Shown: positions 11,241 to 25,471 of the stretch, in pieces | Layout: each line of letters opens with the position of its first letter | Numbering within the stretch: position 1 is the first letter of the stretch | Assembly (NCBI RefSeq): GCF_018350175.1 | Contig: NC_058368.1 | Span: 104,782,001-104,846,000, forward strand | Length of the DNA stretch: 64,000 nt | From: Felis catus | Taxonomy: Eukaryota | Reading direction: 5' to 3' | Translations under genes and position numbers: made by a program | The notes under the pieces: model-generated | Seen by the model: only the letters and a program-made list of their open reading frames with translations | What the model was told of the DNA's origin: nothing | The model's database searches: none

Positions 11241-14200
11241 CCATCCAGGGAACAGTGAGGGCTGGGGGTCTAGTTTCCTCACTGTGGGATTTTAAGCAAA
11301 CATTTAAGGCTTCCGCCCTTTGACTCTCACGTCCGGAATGAAGAGCTTTAGTACTTGCCCAGTGGTGGTGACGAGTGCTTACTCTCCGGTGCTCCCCTGA
11401 AGCCTCACCTCGCCTGGAAACCTTCTCCCCATCCCTCCTTTCCTCTGCCCAAAGGTTCAGTACACACATAACATAGATCCTCTGTGTCCCTCGAGCATCC
11501 TGTGAACTGTAACACCTAGCACGCCTGCTTTGTGATAAGTCTCACTGGGGACCAGTCTCTTCCAGCAGATCAAGAAATCCTGCTGTGGAACATGTCAGGC
11601 AGGATCAGGTAGTGTGTGTTCCTCAACAAACAGAACGTCGTGGCCTTAGAAGATACTTAATACATGTTTCATGAAAAAAAAAATACATGAGCAAAAGAGC
11701 AAAAATACGGCTGGACTTTGTAAAGCAAGACACCCTGTAATGGTTCCTGAGGTTTTTATTATTCTTTTGACTTCAGTGGATCAATGTAATCCCCCCAAAT
11801 CCTTCACTTAAGCCGAGCCTACATTTTATAGCCTTGAGATTTTCCTGCACCGTGAACAGGGTCATCAATATGCTTTCATTGAGAGACATCAACGTTTATA
11901 TTTAGACACATTAAAGAATAAACATTTCACGCCCTTTTTTTCTGCTTCATAATTTGAGATAAGCATTCGCTGCAGTTCTACAATGATATTTCATGCTTTG
12001 AAAATTCATTTAACAAACATTTTTTTTTTAAAAAAAAGAAGAATAAAGGTTTTCTCTCAGCCACTGAATAATATTAATATCAACAGCACTGGGTGGTTGT
12101 CCACAGTGATCGTTGGCTCTCTGTCAGCTCTCCAGTGGCTTTTTTGACATGTGAAGGACGTGAGGTTTTAGTGCTTTCAGAGGATCTGGAAAATACATTT
12201 TTATTGTTCTTCTTCATGGATGGAGAAGCTTTACAAAGTTGTTTTATTTTTAAAGCACTTGATGTTTTGAATGAGGGTCTTTTCTTCTGCATTAACAAAG
12301 GGAATGACATACCGTAGCCTTGTTAGCCTGAAGCGAAGGGAATGAAATCACACGGAGATAAAAGAACTTGAGGGAACCAGAGCTTAGGAAGAAAGGGTGT
12401 ATATTTCAAGAAGAACCATGTTTTGCTATCCTTTGAGACAGTGGAAGTTTATTTTGGTCGCTCCTGAAACTCCGTAGAGCGATTTTCCTGAAAGTGACTT
12501 ACTTGTGCTTTGTCTGTATGTATTAGAATGTGAAGGGCTGAACGTCTTCCCTGTTAATTTCTCTCCTAGTCACAGATTGCCCTGTGTTTAAAGTCAATGG
12601 TGAACATTACAGCAAAATACCATACAAAAATACATTTTCAAGTCAGTATGGCTGACTAATGTATCCTAAAAGATACTTGACATTTAAATGTTAAGGGCAC
12701 TTAGTCTTAGTTTCTTCAATCAGCAACCCTGGTGAGGGTAGTTATATATTATAAGCTGACATCACTTTCCCGATGATAAAGCCTAGTTCCCAGATTCCAT
12801 ATATTATCCTGCTGGAAGTATCTGGGACAGATGTATCCACAAGCTTCTCAAACCCCATGCGGTTCTACGATTTGACTTCTTATATACTAGAGGTCAAATC
12901 CAAGACAAATAAAAACAAAATAAAACAACAACAAAATGCAGACCACTCATCATTTCATCTGGGATTGGTTTAGACCTAACACAAGTGCACAGAATTGGCC
13001 ACTTGTGTTGTTCTCTGTAATTTAGAGCCAGTCGCTTTAGAAAAGCATCTTGAAGTTCAGTGTGGGTTTCAAGGCTGCTGCTCTTGTCTTAGTGGGCATA
13101 GAGAGGCTGAGGCAAGATCAAGTCAGTGGTTTTGGTGCCTAGTAATACGGCAAGATTCTGTAGGTTTTATTTATGGCCACCTATTTCTTTATGCGAAGGG
13201 GAGGATTACTCAGGAGTTCATGCGTTGTTTCCTGGTTCCTCCTTTTACTTTTCTGGCCTCCAGGTACCCGCCTACCCCTCTGGGCACACTGGTCACCCGC
13301 AAGCGGGAAGTTTCTAAATCCAGTTTCTATCTGGCAAGTAAAAATAGGATGTCACCTAGCACTGGGTTTCACTGCAGGCCTGAGCTTTTTCCATTCGGCT
13401 TTATGAAAATGGTCAAAAGGGATGACACCCCACCTCGTCTTTTACTTTGCGGAGTTTGTGGGCAATTTGTTTTTGAAATTCACATTGGGAGAACCAAGTT
13501 GTGCCTTTGTCATGAATGATTCATGCAAGGCAGACAGTACAAACCAACGACAGGCCTGTTATTCTAGCTTTATGTACAGCTGGCGGATGTTTCTCTAGGG
13601 TGGTTTTTTTTTGTTGTTGTTGTTGTTTTTTTTTACGGGGGTGGGATATTCCAATGTGCTGACCATGGAATAAAATTTCTGCTATACTGGATCCATGCTG
13701 TGTCACACATACCAAAGGTACGTTTTGTGTGATTAGTATGTCCCACCATTCCCATGTGACAGAGAGAGAATTAAGTAGAACAAAGTTTGGGAACTTGCTC
13801 AAGGTTCCATGGTTATGAAGTGACAGTAGCTAGGGTCCAGGTCTGTCTGATGCTGAATGATTATACCCTTCCTTGAGCCAGCTCGTGATTGATGAAGGTC
13901 TGTAACAAGGTGAACTTGATGGTAAACATTACTCCTTAATCTAAGGGAAAAATGATTTCATCCTTTCCTTTTTTTCTGTTGTCGTTGTTGAGGAATGTTG
14001 TGGCTGAGGCAATGTATTCATGTGCCCTTGTTCTTTGCTCCAAAGCATCTCTCAACTTGGCATTTCTGTGTATCTCTCATTGTGCTCCTTTCTTTCATTC
14101 TTTCTCTACACAAAGACGCGAGATTTACTAAACTATCTGCTGTTTGTTCGAAGAATGTTCTTGATGCCACGTTTTTGTCGATACATGGGTGTCTGTGGAC

Positions 14201-14703
14201 ATGTTGAGACATTCTGCATCAAAACCATTCTGATGACACTGCTGTTAACACTTTAAAGCCTGGCAAATACCATTTTTAGGCCAAAAAAATATTTTTCAAA
14301 CATCTGTGAGATGTTTTTGTCTTAGAACGTTCCCCTTTGAAAATCAGGGAGAAGCCGTGAACGTGCGCTGATGGCAGGTTTTGTCACCGTTGGGCATTAG
14401 TTGCCTGGGATGGCCTGATGGGGTACGGCAAGATCACAGCTTTGAGGCATTGACAGGTTCGGCTGAGTCCTTGCCACTGCCACGTGAATGCTAAGTGACT
14501 GAGCAAATTATCATCTGAGTTAATTTGGCACATGATGTGTTGGAATAATTATACCTGTGGCATTGAGTTATTGTGATATTTGAAAAAAATAGCTGCATAA
14601 GGCTCCCGCATGTTTGAAACTTGATGTATCTTACAACCCCTTCGTTCTCGTCCCATCCTTTGAAGGGGAGATTGGACTGAGGGTTTAACATGGGTCACGA
14701 GAA

Positions 14704-14914
14704 GGATGCCTTGGTGGCTCAGTCGGTTCAACGTCTGGCTCTTAGTTTCGGCTCAGGTCATGATCTCCCAGTTGGTGAGTTCGAGCCCTGAGTTGGGCTT
14801 TGCGCTGATAGCCCACAGTCTGCTTGGGATTCTCTGTCTCTCCTCTCTCTGTCTGCCCCTCTCTGGTTTGTTCTCTCTCTCTCTCTCTCAGAAAATAAAC
14901 ATTAAAATTTTTTT
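14704..14914 (+). mobile_element. Can-SINE
   Basis: ggatgccttggtggctcagtcggtt...ctctctcagaaaataaacatt. Confidence 0.9.
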
Positions 14915-15701
14915 AAGTGGGTCAGGAGAGGAGAATGTTCCCAGAGGTGTTGAGATAGTTTTACCCGTTGGTCTCCTTGTGGAATGTGGATCTACATTCA
15001 CGATCGATTCCATTCCTCTACCAAACAGACCACGAACGCTGGCCATGTGCCACATGGGTCTAGTTTTCAGTTTGGTGTGCTCCTAAAGCTAGTTGACATC
15101 AATACCATTTTCACAGTGAGCTTATTGGTTTTTTTGTTTGCATAGAATCATTATCAACTTACAGAAGCTCTTCAGATATGACATCTCCTCAATCGTATTT
15201 TCACTATGTTCTCACGACTGAAGTAATTTCCTAGTTCCAGTGCCCCTAAATAGTGAGTCATTGGCTAACCCCATGGGCTGGCTCAGTGACAGGTTTTGTC
15301 ATTTGCTGCCCTGCCTTCATGGGTCATATCTGCTGAAATTGTGGGATATTATGTTTAAGCAAAATATATAATTTCACCCCTTCAGGAGCAGGATGGCTTC
15401 CTGAAAAATGCTTGGCCTTTGAATACGGATGCCCCCCCACCACCAGCCTGGTGTTTTGGGACACCTTACCTAAAGAGTCTCATCCTAAATATCCTCCGTG
15501 TGCTGAAGATGATAATGATGACCCACCTTGTTGTGATTGCTCTGAGGACCAGAAAGTGGTGTCTGAAGCATGGAGCACAGAATCTGGCACAATACAAAGG
15601 CCCAGCAGATCGAACCCTTGAAAAATCATTTTTTGCTTGCTTTTCGCATACTGCCAAAAGGATGTACAACGATTGCAGAGAACTTAGAAAAGGTGGTTAA
15701 T

Positions 15702-15943
15702 GGGGCGCCTGGGTGGCGCAGTCAGTTAAGCGTCTGACTTCAGCCAGGTCACGATCTCGTGGTCCGATCTCGCGGTCCGTGAGTTCGAGCCCTGCGTCGG
15801 GCTCTGGGCTGATGGCTCGGAGCCTGGAGCCTGTTTCTGATTCTGTGTCTCCCTCTCTCTCTGCCCCTCCCCCGTTCATGCTCTGTCTCTCTCTGTCCCA
15901 AAAATAAAATAAAACGTTGAAAAAAAAATTTTTTTTTAAAAAA
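15702..15943 (+). mobile_element. Young feline Can-SINE with 16-bp TSD
   Basis: Perfect TSD agaaaaggtggttaat (15686-15701 and 15944-15959). CpG-rich body. Confidence 0.96.
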
Positions 15944-16042
15944 AGAAAAGGTGGTTAATCTAAATGAACAAAGGGAATATGAAGCATATTCTTAAGACCA
16001 AGAGATCCCCAGTGGTGCCATTTGATCATAGAGCCTCTCAAT

Positions 16043-16100
16043 ATCTGTCTGTCTATCTATCTATCTATCTATCTATTTATCTAAGTCTGTCTGTCTGTCT
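16043..16100. repeat. (TCTA)n/(TCTG)n tetranucleotide STR
   Basis: Seen directly. Confidence 0.9.
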
Positions 16101-16500
16101 TTCTGCCTTTGTCATGCTCTTTCTTCTCCCTGACTCCCCCGATATTAGGTTCAGCCATATATAGTTGCTGATATTTGGCCTTTTGTGACCTAAATTAACA
16201 ACACTTTCATCTAGTTCATTCGAATATATTGCTAAAATTGGATCATGTGGTACCATTTTAATCTGCTTTTTTACAATGAAGACATTGCTGATGTTTTTCA
16301 AGTTCATTAAATATTCTTCTATAATATCACTTTTAGATGATATGTAATGTTCCATTGTGTGATTATACCCGTCTCTTTTCACCAATCCCCCATTACTAGA
16401 AAATTAGATTGTTTTCAATTTTTTGTTGCTATAAACAGTGCTAGGATAAACATGACAGTTTTGGAGGGAGTAAGTATCATGGTTTAGAATGCAGACTAAA

Positions 16501-16739
16501 GGGGGCGCCTGGGTGGCTCAGTTGGTTAAGCATCCAACTTTGGCTCAGGTCATGATCTTGGGGTTCGTGAGTTCGAGCCCCGCAGCCGGGCTCTGTGTTG
16601 ACAGCTTGGAGCCTGGACCCTGCTTCTGATTCTGTGTCTCCCTCTCTCTCTGCCCCTTCCTTGTTCATACTCTGTCTGTCTGTCTCTCTCTCTCTCTGTC
16701 TCTCTCTCAAAAATAATAAACATTAAAAAAAAAAAAAAA
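16501..16739 (+). mobile_element. Can-SINE inserted in a MIR
   Basis: Canonical head and poly(A). The downstream tctcagtttcttcttccacaaaatggg is MIR-like. Confidence 0.92.
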
Positions 16740-17679
16740 GGAATGCCAACAAAAGGCAGAGGTCTGTACTTCCCTGCTTCCTGCCTGTGTACCTATAACA
16801 AGTCACCTGGATCTCAGTTTCTTCTTCCACAAAATGGGCACAACTTCCAAATAGGACCTACTTCATGGGGCCATTGTGAGAATTCATCTGTCTCTAGTGC
16901 CGAGGAGAATGTCTGTGGGCACACTGTAAATATTACTAATGGATTAACTACTGTGAATCGTTTCTGTCATTATACACATATGTTTACTTCTTTTGGAAAA
17001 ATATCTCAAAGGAGGAATTTATGACTGAAGAGCTCTCAGTACCCGATTCAAGATTAATTTCTAAAATAGGTGTGGTAATCCGCTCTCCCACAGAAGTGTG
17101 TAAAAGCGCTGTTTTCATGTAAAGGGGGAGGTTATCTCCATCACTGTACGTATCAGATTCATCGTTGTTGTGACCCCACCTCGTGACTGAGGGTGCGCGG
17201 TTTTTCATGGCTTAATATCCCTGAAGTCAGAATGCTTCCAACCATCAGAGTCACCCGGATAACTGCTGTGACATGCCAGTGTGGGACCTTCTGTTGACAA
17301 CTGCTGAGATCAAGAAAGGCTGTCGGTGTGTCTTAACACCTGTGAAATTAATTAAGTCTTATTTGATAGGGAACAAGGCAAACATATATAAAAATTGTGA
17401 TGTGAGGGCAAGATGAGCGTCATGGCAGATATATATATGGGTGTCTTCTTCAGAGAGCATCTCAGATTGGGTCTGAAAAGATGTACCTGAAGGACAGAGA
17501 TTTCCAGGCTGAGCTTGGAAACCTGGGAAGGACTGATGGAGGGAGAGGACGTATCTAACACCTCTCCACATCTACGTGTTTCTATACCTACTTCTTTTGT
17601 CGTGCACAGGAAGATGATCGCCGCCATGATGCCGTAGAAGGGGGCATTCATGGACGTTCGCGATTTAAAAGCCTTGTGA

Positions 17680-18050
17680 CTTTTGCATGCCTTATTCTCT
17701 CCACATGTAATATCTCCTACAGCTTCCCTCCCTTTCCAGTCCCCCGTCTTTCTCTGTACAAACCCTCCATGCTTTACCTAAACAGGGCACACTCTGCCTT
17801 TAGGTCTCAACTTAGACATTATTTTCCCAGCTCAACCACACCGTTTTGGGGTCATTCCTCTGTTTTCTGTTGTACCTTGTACCTCCCCCTACTGCTTATC
17901 GTGGGGTATTTTAGTGCCTAATAACTTAATGTGTCTGCTGATAACCTGTAAGCTTCCAGAAGCATGCGCTCTACCATTCTCCTTTGAATTCTAAGCCTAG
18001 CCCTATGGCTGGCACATGGCAGGTACTTGAGAGGTGTAAATTGAGTGAAT
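17680..18050 (+). mobile_element. L2 fragment
   Basis: ctgtaagcttccag...cctagccctatggctggcacatggcaggtactt...gagtgaat resembles an L2 3' end. Confidence 0.55.
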
Positions 18051-18378
18051 TTCAGTACCCAGCCCATGGATGTAACCTGTGGTTACTGGTAGCCCTGGAA
18101 GTTATCGCCATAAGGGCTCCGGGGCGAGCCCATTGTCTTGCGAGGATCCAGTGCTCCGCTAGCTGTCATTAAGGGTTGTAGCATGGACGGTATACTTCTG
18201 ATATTACACAGTAGTTTAAACTTCCTTTTATTTTCACCTTATTGTGAGAGCTTATTAGAGCATGCTATCCATGCTGCCTGAGACCCTCATTAAGCTTTCC
18301 CTGAAACAGATGCACGAATCTAGGGACATAGCATCTAGAGCCCATTTCTAGCTACCAGCACAGCAAGAGATGAAACTA

Positions 18379-18605
18379 GGAACACCTGGGTGGCTCAGTC
18401 GGTTAAGCCTCTGACTTCGGCTCGGGTCATGATCTCCCCGCTGGTGAGTTTGAGCCCCGTGTCGGGCTCTGTGGTGACAGCTCAGAGCCTGGAACCTGCT
18501 TCAGATTCTGTGTCTCCCTCTCTCTCTGCCCCTCCCCTGCTTGTGCTGTTTCTGTCTCTGTCTCTCTCTCAAAAATAAATAAACATTAAACAGAGAGAGA
18601 GAGAG
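18379..18605 (+). mobile_element. Can-SINE
   Basis: Canonical body with TSD agagatgaaac(t/c)ag. Confidence 0.93.
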
Positions 18606-19440
18606 AGAGATGAAACCAGAAGCTGAAAATGAGTCCTCACTCCTTTCGAAGCATCAGAGTTTTTCTCAGTATAATTTGAAACAGAAGTTGGTTCATCTAC
18701 CTTTTCCTATTAGAATATTCTAGCTATTGCTGTCTTAATGTAACCAATTTTTTTTTAAGGTTTTCAGTGGCAATAACCAACCTAGTCACTTTTTCTTTAG
18801 GCATGAAATGCTTGCCCTGTGAGATTACAGTGAGGTGTTAAGTAAAAGACTTGAAGTGATTTCAGTTCAGAGTCTCCAAACTGCCTTTCCAAACACAGTA
18901 CTTGAATTCAGGATAACCGGTCAAGCTTAACGCTCATAAGGAGCAAGTTCTGCCTCTTGTCTAGACAGTCAACATACCCTTGTATTTGTAGCAATCGGGT
19001 AAGAAAGCTGGCTTTTGTGTGATAAGCTGCAAAAATGGAAGTGTTGTAGTAGTTGAATATGACAAATGAAGAGAGGAAAGGAAGTCACAGTGATGCGTAA
19101 ATTCAAGCCAGGCTTCTGTGTCCCACTTGTTCTGTTTCCTGCTTATTTGTCTGTATGCTTCTGTATGTGGATGCCCCCCCACCCCCAGCATCGCTTATGT
19201 TGGCGCCCAGTATTCACATGGTGAGGTCCATGTATCAATGGCCTGTTAGGGAAACACAGCCCCAAAGGGAGAAGCTGTCACTTCAAAGCATACCACAGTG
19301 CTTAGATATAGACAGGAAATTAACCATGTCGGCATGATAATATTTCCTTTAAAGCCTAAAACCCTTTCTTTGATGCTGATAGTTATCAATTTCTGCTATG
19401 AACTTGTTTCTATCATGAGGAGGTGTCTTAAGGGTTTTTG

Positions 19441-19444
<4 letters not shown>

Positions 19445-19485
<41 letters not shown>
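19445..19485. repeat. (GT)n microsatellite
   Basis: Seen directly. Confidence 0.95.
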
Positions 19486-19489
<4 letters not shown>

Positions 19490-21109
19490 GTTTTTTGGGG
19501 TTTTTTTTTGCATTTATCTAACCCCAAGGAAATAGGACTGGTCTCTCCCTGACTGCTCTTCTGGGAGAGAAATTGTTGGATGGGATGTGGAAGTGAATCA
19601 CGAGAAGAGAGACGTGTTCTGTCCCCTCAGTACCTTGACTTCTTTCTTCCCACTCCTCTCCTGATGTTGTAAAACATATTCCATAAAATGTATGCATGCC
19701 AGCACACCCTTATCCCACTGCCACCGTGGGAAGAAAGAACTCTAACCCATCATGGTTTTTTCTTTCTAAGTGCTTCTGACACAGTCAGGTTGTCCTTATC
19801 AAGGTAGTATTATTAACTAAAATTGTGTTTTGTGTTGCTCACTTAATACCCCAGGATACATTAAGAAAAAATGAATATTTAACTTAGCATATGAGGCTCC
19901 CACAAGTTGAGAGGGATATGGAAACTTTGGAGATGGTTGAGCAGAGAAAGTGAGTGAAACTGAATAGCTTTTAAAAAATAAGTAAAAGTGTTGAAGGTTG
20001 TATTTAATCTCGCAAGAAGTGGGATCAAGGATACCTTCACATTTCGGGAATAAGATCATTTATAATACAGAGAACGGTGATGAACCAAATCATCAAATCG
20101 ACTGGTTCAGATTATAGGATAAGGGATTTGGCTTATGTGGAATGAAGCTGTTCCTTACTCTTAGGATTGATGAACCAGGGAACAAGTTACAAAGGACTGT
20201 GTAACTTACCTTAAAAACAGGGTATGTTCTTTTCTACTTGGATACCCGAGGGGCTTTAAAGAAACATACTGTGTATTTTTTTTTAAAGTATAGCTCCTAG
20301 ATTGAAAGAGTTATAATTGAACAAAAAATTCTTTGTCCATATCCATAGGCAATAAAGGAAACAACTGTATGAATAACAATGAGGCTTAAATCTCAGAACT
20401 AGTACCTAATCTTTCTTTGTGAAAGATGATTGTGAATTCTTAGGTAATTGCTTTCTTGATCTGCTTTAGATTCAATAATCTTCTTATTGTTTTTAATTGC
20501 GTTAAAGTATGTTTATTAAGGTGGTAATGAGAACGAAGCCATGCTGATTAAAAACAAAATTATTCATTTAAACCTTTTGATGTTATAAAATGAAAGGTTG
20601 ATTCTAATATTGGAAGGTGAATCCTGTACATCTCCTCTAAGTTATTTGCTGTGTGCCTAGTTTGTTTTGTTTTCCAATGGTTGATTCTAGATCTGTTAAA
20701 GTTACAGAATTTTTACGAAGTGAAACTGTGTCTTAAGTCATAAAAGCAGTTTATCCTAAGAGCTCCAGGCAGGGTGCTTCTTCCCTAGTGATTTTTATAG
20801 CATCTAATTAGTAAATAAATGCACAGCTGGGTAGGCAATGCATATTGAGTTAGTTTTGCTTATCATCCCCCTTTACAATTTGTAGAACGTTCGGGATTGA
20901 AAATTTTTCCTTTCCTGCTCCCCTATTCCTGCTCATCGACTTGAATTGCAGTCATTCTTCCTTTCCTTTGGAATTATGCTTTCAAATCTATTTCTCAAAT
21001 GTTCTTTTCTGTTACTGTCTTACCTGGTTTCGTGTGCCTGTTGTCTTTTCCTTTGCTGTCCGTTTTCAGCTTCATGTTTGTCTTACTGTTTAAATAAACT
21101 TACTGAGTT

Positions 21110-21354
21110 TATTTATTTATTTTTTAAACGCTTATTATTAAGAGACAGAGAGACAGAGCATGAGCATGGGAGGGGCACAGAGAGGAGGAGACACAGAATC
21201 TGAAGTAGGCTCCAGGCCGTGAGCTGTCAGCACAGAGCCTGATGAGGGGCTCGAACTCAGGATTGGTGAGATCATGACCTGAGGTGAAGTCGGATGCCCA
21301 ACCGACTGAGCCACCCAGGCACCCCAGTTTACTTTTTTTTAACAGTTATTTATT

Positions 21355-21397
<43 letters not shown>

Positions 21398-21559
21398 ATG
21401 AGCAGGGGAGGGCCAGATAGAGGGAGACAGAATCCACAGAAGGCTCCAGGCTCTGAACTGTCAGCATAGAGCCTGATGTGGGGCTCAAACCCACGAACCA
21501 GGAGATCATGACCTGAGCTGAAGTCAGGTGCTCAACTGACTGAGCCACCCAGGCGCCCC
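21110..21559 (-). mobile_element. Two tandem Can-SINEs (21110-21325 and 21333-21559)
   Basis: Two complete reverse-strand bodies, each ending gccacccaggc(a/g)cccc. The second has a long (GA)n. Confidence 0.93.
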
Positions 21560-22302
21560 AGTAAGCCAGTGAATTTAAGTATTTGTATCAATAATTTTCT
21601 CTCTTTTCTGATTACCTCCCAATCCACACATTCTTTGACACCTTGAAAGCAGATCAGGTTTCTTTTGGATTACTCCAGCCTAGACCTATAGCAGGGTGGG
21701 TCCACTCCACAGTAGCTCTGCCTGCAGGACCCTTCTTGGTCTCCAGGATCACTGCCTGAGGGCAGGCCCCTGAACCTCACTTACTTCCTGATGTACTGCC
21801 ATTCTTCTTGCCCCATCTCCCTGCCTCTTGTGAGCTCCTTCCTGCCCCTTCCTCAGAATGTAGCTAGATGACCTTTCTAGGACACAAATCTGCATTGTCT
21901 CTCATTGTTCAAAATCCTTTATGGCCAATACCGTATTCTCAAGATGCAATCCAGTTCTTTAGTGTGCATTTAAGCCCTTGTATGAGGTGAACCTTCCCAT
22001 CTGGGTAGCCAGCCTCCTCTCCCCCCACCCCCCACACCCCATTACTTACATCTCCCCTAGCCATTGACTCTAGCCACATCAAACTCAACACTCTGGGTGC
22101 AGGAAACAGGCCAAGCAAAGTCATGAAGCTGGAAAACGTAGCTCTGCTTGAGCGATGGAGTGATTGGAAGTGGCCCACTTAGTGCTGGTCACATTTATGA
22201 AGCGTTGCCTGGCTGGTGTCAGAGCCTCGATGTCCAGCTAAGGAGTAGCAGTGAAGGGGTCATGAAGCCATCTCGTCAAGGGGAGAGGAAAGCGGGTTCT
22301 GA

Positions 22303-22611
<309 letters not shown>

Positions 22612-23874
22612 TAAGTGACACAAGGCCGCGCAAGGTGGCGGAGGCCTCTCACCTTCTCCGTTCATGCTGCTGCCACCATCGCCTTCCCGTGCTTCTGTTT
22701 CTCTTGCTGCCTGAAGTCACGGAGAGGTCGGGGCTCCAGACACAGATGGGGAGATCAGCAGTGACAGCCACTAGATGTTCCTGCTGTTTAACTCTTGAAC
22801 ATCAGACCCCAGCCAAAGTCGGAGGGCCGGCTTCTGGCAGGGCAGAGACAGAGAGGACTGGGATGTTGCATTGAGTGGAAATATTTGGGGGTTGCGGGGG
22901 CAGATTTGAGGATCTGCTTCGATTCCCCGACAAGTGCGTTTATTTTACACTGCTCATAGGTAATGATCCATGCTGTTCTGCTTTGTGTGGTAACTAATTA
23001 GCTGGAGAAACCTGGGGTGGGTTTAGTGCCCTAGAAAAGAGAAAAAGGGGAAGATGTTGGAAATAGTCCATGATAAAAGCTTAACTGGGTTATTTAATGC
23101 CTGTGGATACATATGTTGCCTTGTGAACATGAAAGAAATGTATCACATCTGTGTAGGATATGTGGGTGCAGATAGTTTCATTCTTTCTGGATCAAATTGG
23201 AGCATCTTCTTAACCTCCACTACTTTCTTTATTTGGTATGAAGGTCATTCTTCAGTGGCTTGTATAAGCAAACAGAATAAGAGACGGAATTTGCCAAAAA
23301 AAAAAAAAAGTAGGATATAGAAAAATATCATTCTCTTACTGGGAAAATTACACTTGTAAATCACAGAGCTAAAACTTGAAAAAATGCGGCTGATTAGGTA
23401 AATACTTCCCGCCAACAGTATTAACAGCTATAAAGTAGAGCTAAAGGAAAAACTGCATTAGCCTAGAAAGCCCTGGTTTTTGGGAGAATGATCATCTCAA
23501 ACGACTTAATTGTTAATATTGCTCTTACGGGTTTTTATCAAGGCCACAATGGGCTTTGGAAAACTTGGACCAATTTTACAGGAGAGCAGACAAGACAAAG
23601 CCTTAGCGAGGAAAGTTCACTCATAGAAAAAGGGTGGGGGTTAAAGTCATGGAAAGCGATCAGTTTCAAGAAGAGATTGTTGGAGATTAATTATGAGGAA
23701 TATGTACACAAAGCAGGGGCTGTGCCAGTGTTTCAGTCTCCTTTGAGGTTTGAACAGACACACAAACAAAAGCAGATAAAACAGTTTCATTACAAAATAG
23801 CCCCAAAGAAAGGAAAGGTCTAGGTGACCCCTCAACGACCTTTCCAGCCAATGTGGTTAATACCTTGACGTTAA

Positions 23875-24198
<324 letters not shown>

Positions 24199-24768
24199 TA
24201 AAGGTGGCAAAACTGGAAAGACCTGAGCATTTTTAAAGCTGGAAGCCTTGCGTCCATTTTCAGGCAGAAGGTGATTATATCTTGAAGTGCACTAAGGGTC
24301 CTCATTGGAAGACATAGTGGCCACCTGTCCTGCACTTTCCCTCAGGATTAAAAAAAGAGGGAAATATCTCATCTCGTGTATGACAGACAATGCTGTTAAA
24401 CACCAGAAGAATGTTTAAACACCGGAAGAATCTAAATATAAACCTACCTCGGAGATACTTCGGGTTTGGTTCTAGACCACAGCAATAAAGTGAATACCAC
24501 AATAAAGTGAGTCAAATGAATTTTTTGGTTTCCTACAGCGTATGAAAGTTATTTTATACTATACTGTAGTCTATTAAGAGTGCAATGGCATTATGTCTAA
24601 AAAACCAATGTACGTAACAAAGCAATGACATTAGTAACATCAGAGATCGCTGATCACAGATCACCATAACAAACATAAAAGTAATGAAAAAAATTGAAAT
24701 AATGTTAGAATTACTAACATATGACTCAGATATGTGAAAGGAATAAATGTTGTTAGAAGAATGGTGCC

Positions 24769-24966
24769 GGGGTGCCTGGGTGGCTCAGTTACTTTGGCTC
24801 AGGTCATGATCTCATGGTTTGTGAGTTCCAGCCCTGCATCAGGCTCTCTGCTATCAGCACAGAGCCTGCTTCAGATCCTCTGTCCCCACTTCTCTCTGCC
24901 CTTCTCCCCTCTCTCTCACATGCTCTCTCTCAAATATAAATAAGCATTAAAAAAACAAAAAAAAAA
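24769..24966 (+). mobile_element. Can-SINE nested in Tigger1
   Basis: TSD aatgg(t/c)gcc at 24760-24768 and 24967-24975. Confidence 0.9.
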
Positions 24967-24991
24967 AATGGCGCCAACACAGAAAAAATAA

Positions 24992-25146
24992 GCCCCTGGC
25001 TGGCTTAGTAGAGCGTGTGACTCTTGATCTCAGAGTCGTGAGTTCAAGCCCCACTTGAACTCAGGGTCGTGAGTTCAAGGCTCTAAGTTGGGCATAGAGC
25101 CTACTTAAAAAAAAAAAAAAGAAAAAAGAAAAAGAAAAAGAAAGAA
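24992..25146 (+). mobile_element. Short old-type Can-SINE nested in Tigger1
   Basis: cctggctggcttagtagagcgtgtgactcttgatctcag...gagcctacttaaaa, with no CT tract. Confidence 0.8.
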
Positions 25147-25218
25147 AAATGGTATCACTGAACATGCTGAATGCACGATTGTCACAAACCTTCATTTTGT
25201 TTAAAAAACAAAACACGC

Positions 25219-25471
25219 GGGGTACCTGTGTGGCTCAGTCAGTTAAGCGTCTGACTTCGGCTCAGGTCATGATCTCACGGTTCATGAGTTCGAGCCCCAC
25301 ATCGGGCTCTATGCAGCTCAGAGCCTGGAGCCTGTTTCGGATTCTGTGTCTCCCCCTCTCTCTGCTCCTGCCCTGCTCACACTCTGTCTCTGTCTCTCAA
25401 AAGGTGAATAAATGTTAAAAAAAGAAAAGAAAAGAAAAAAGAAAAGAAAAGAAAAGAAAAGAAAAGAAAAG
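25219..25471 (+). mobile_element. Can-SINE with (AAAAG)n tail nested in Tigger1
   Basis: TSD acaaaacac at 25208-25216 and 25472-25480. Confidence 0.93.

Noticed and set aside
12995..13519. 174-aa ORF
   Set aside because: It starts at TTG, has no recognisable domain or exon structure and is intronic. Likely chance.
15697..15907. Recurrent MAQSVKRLTSAQVMIS-type ORFs throughout the window, suggesting a gene family or repeat array
   Set aside because: All are translations of Can-SINE copies.
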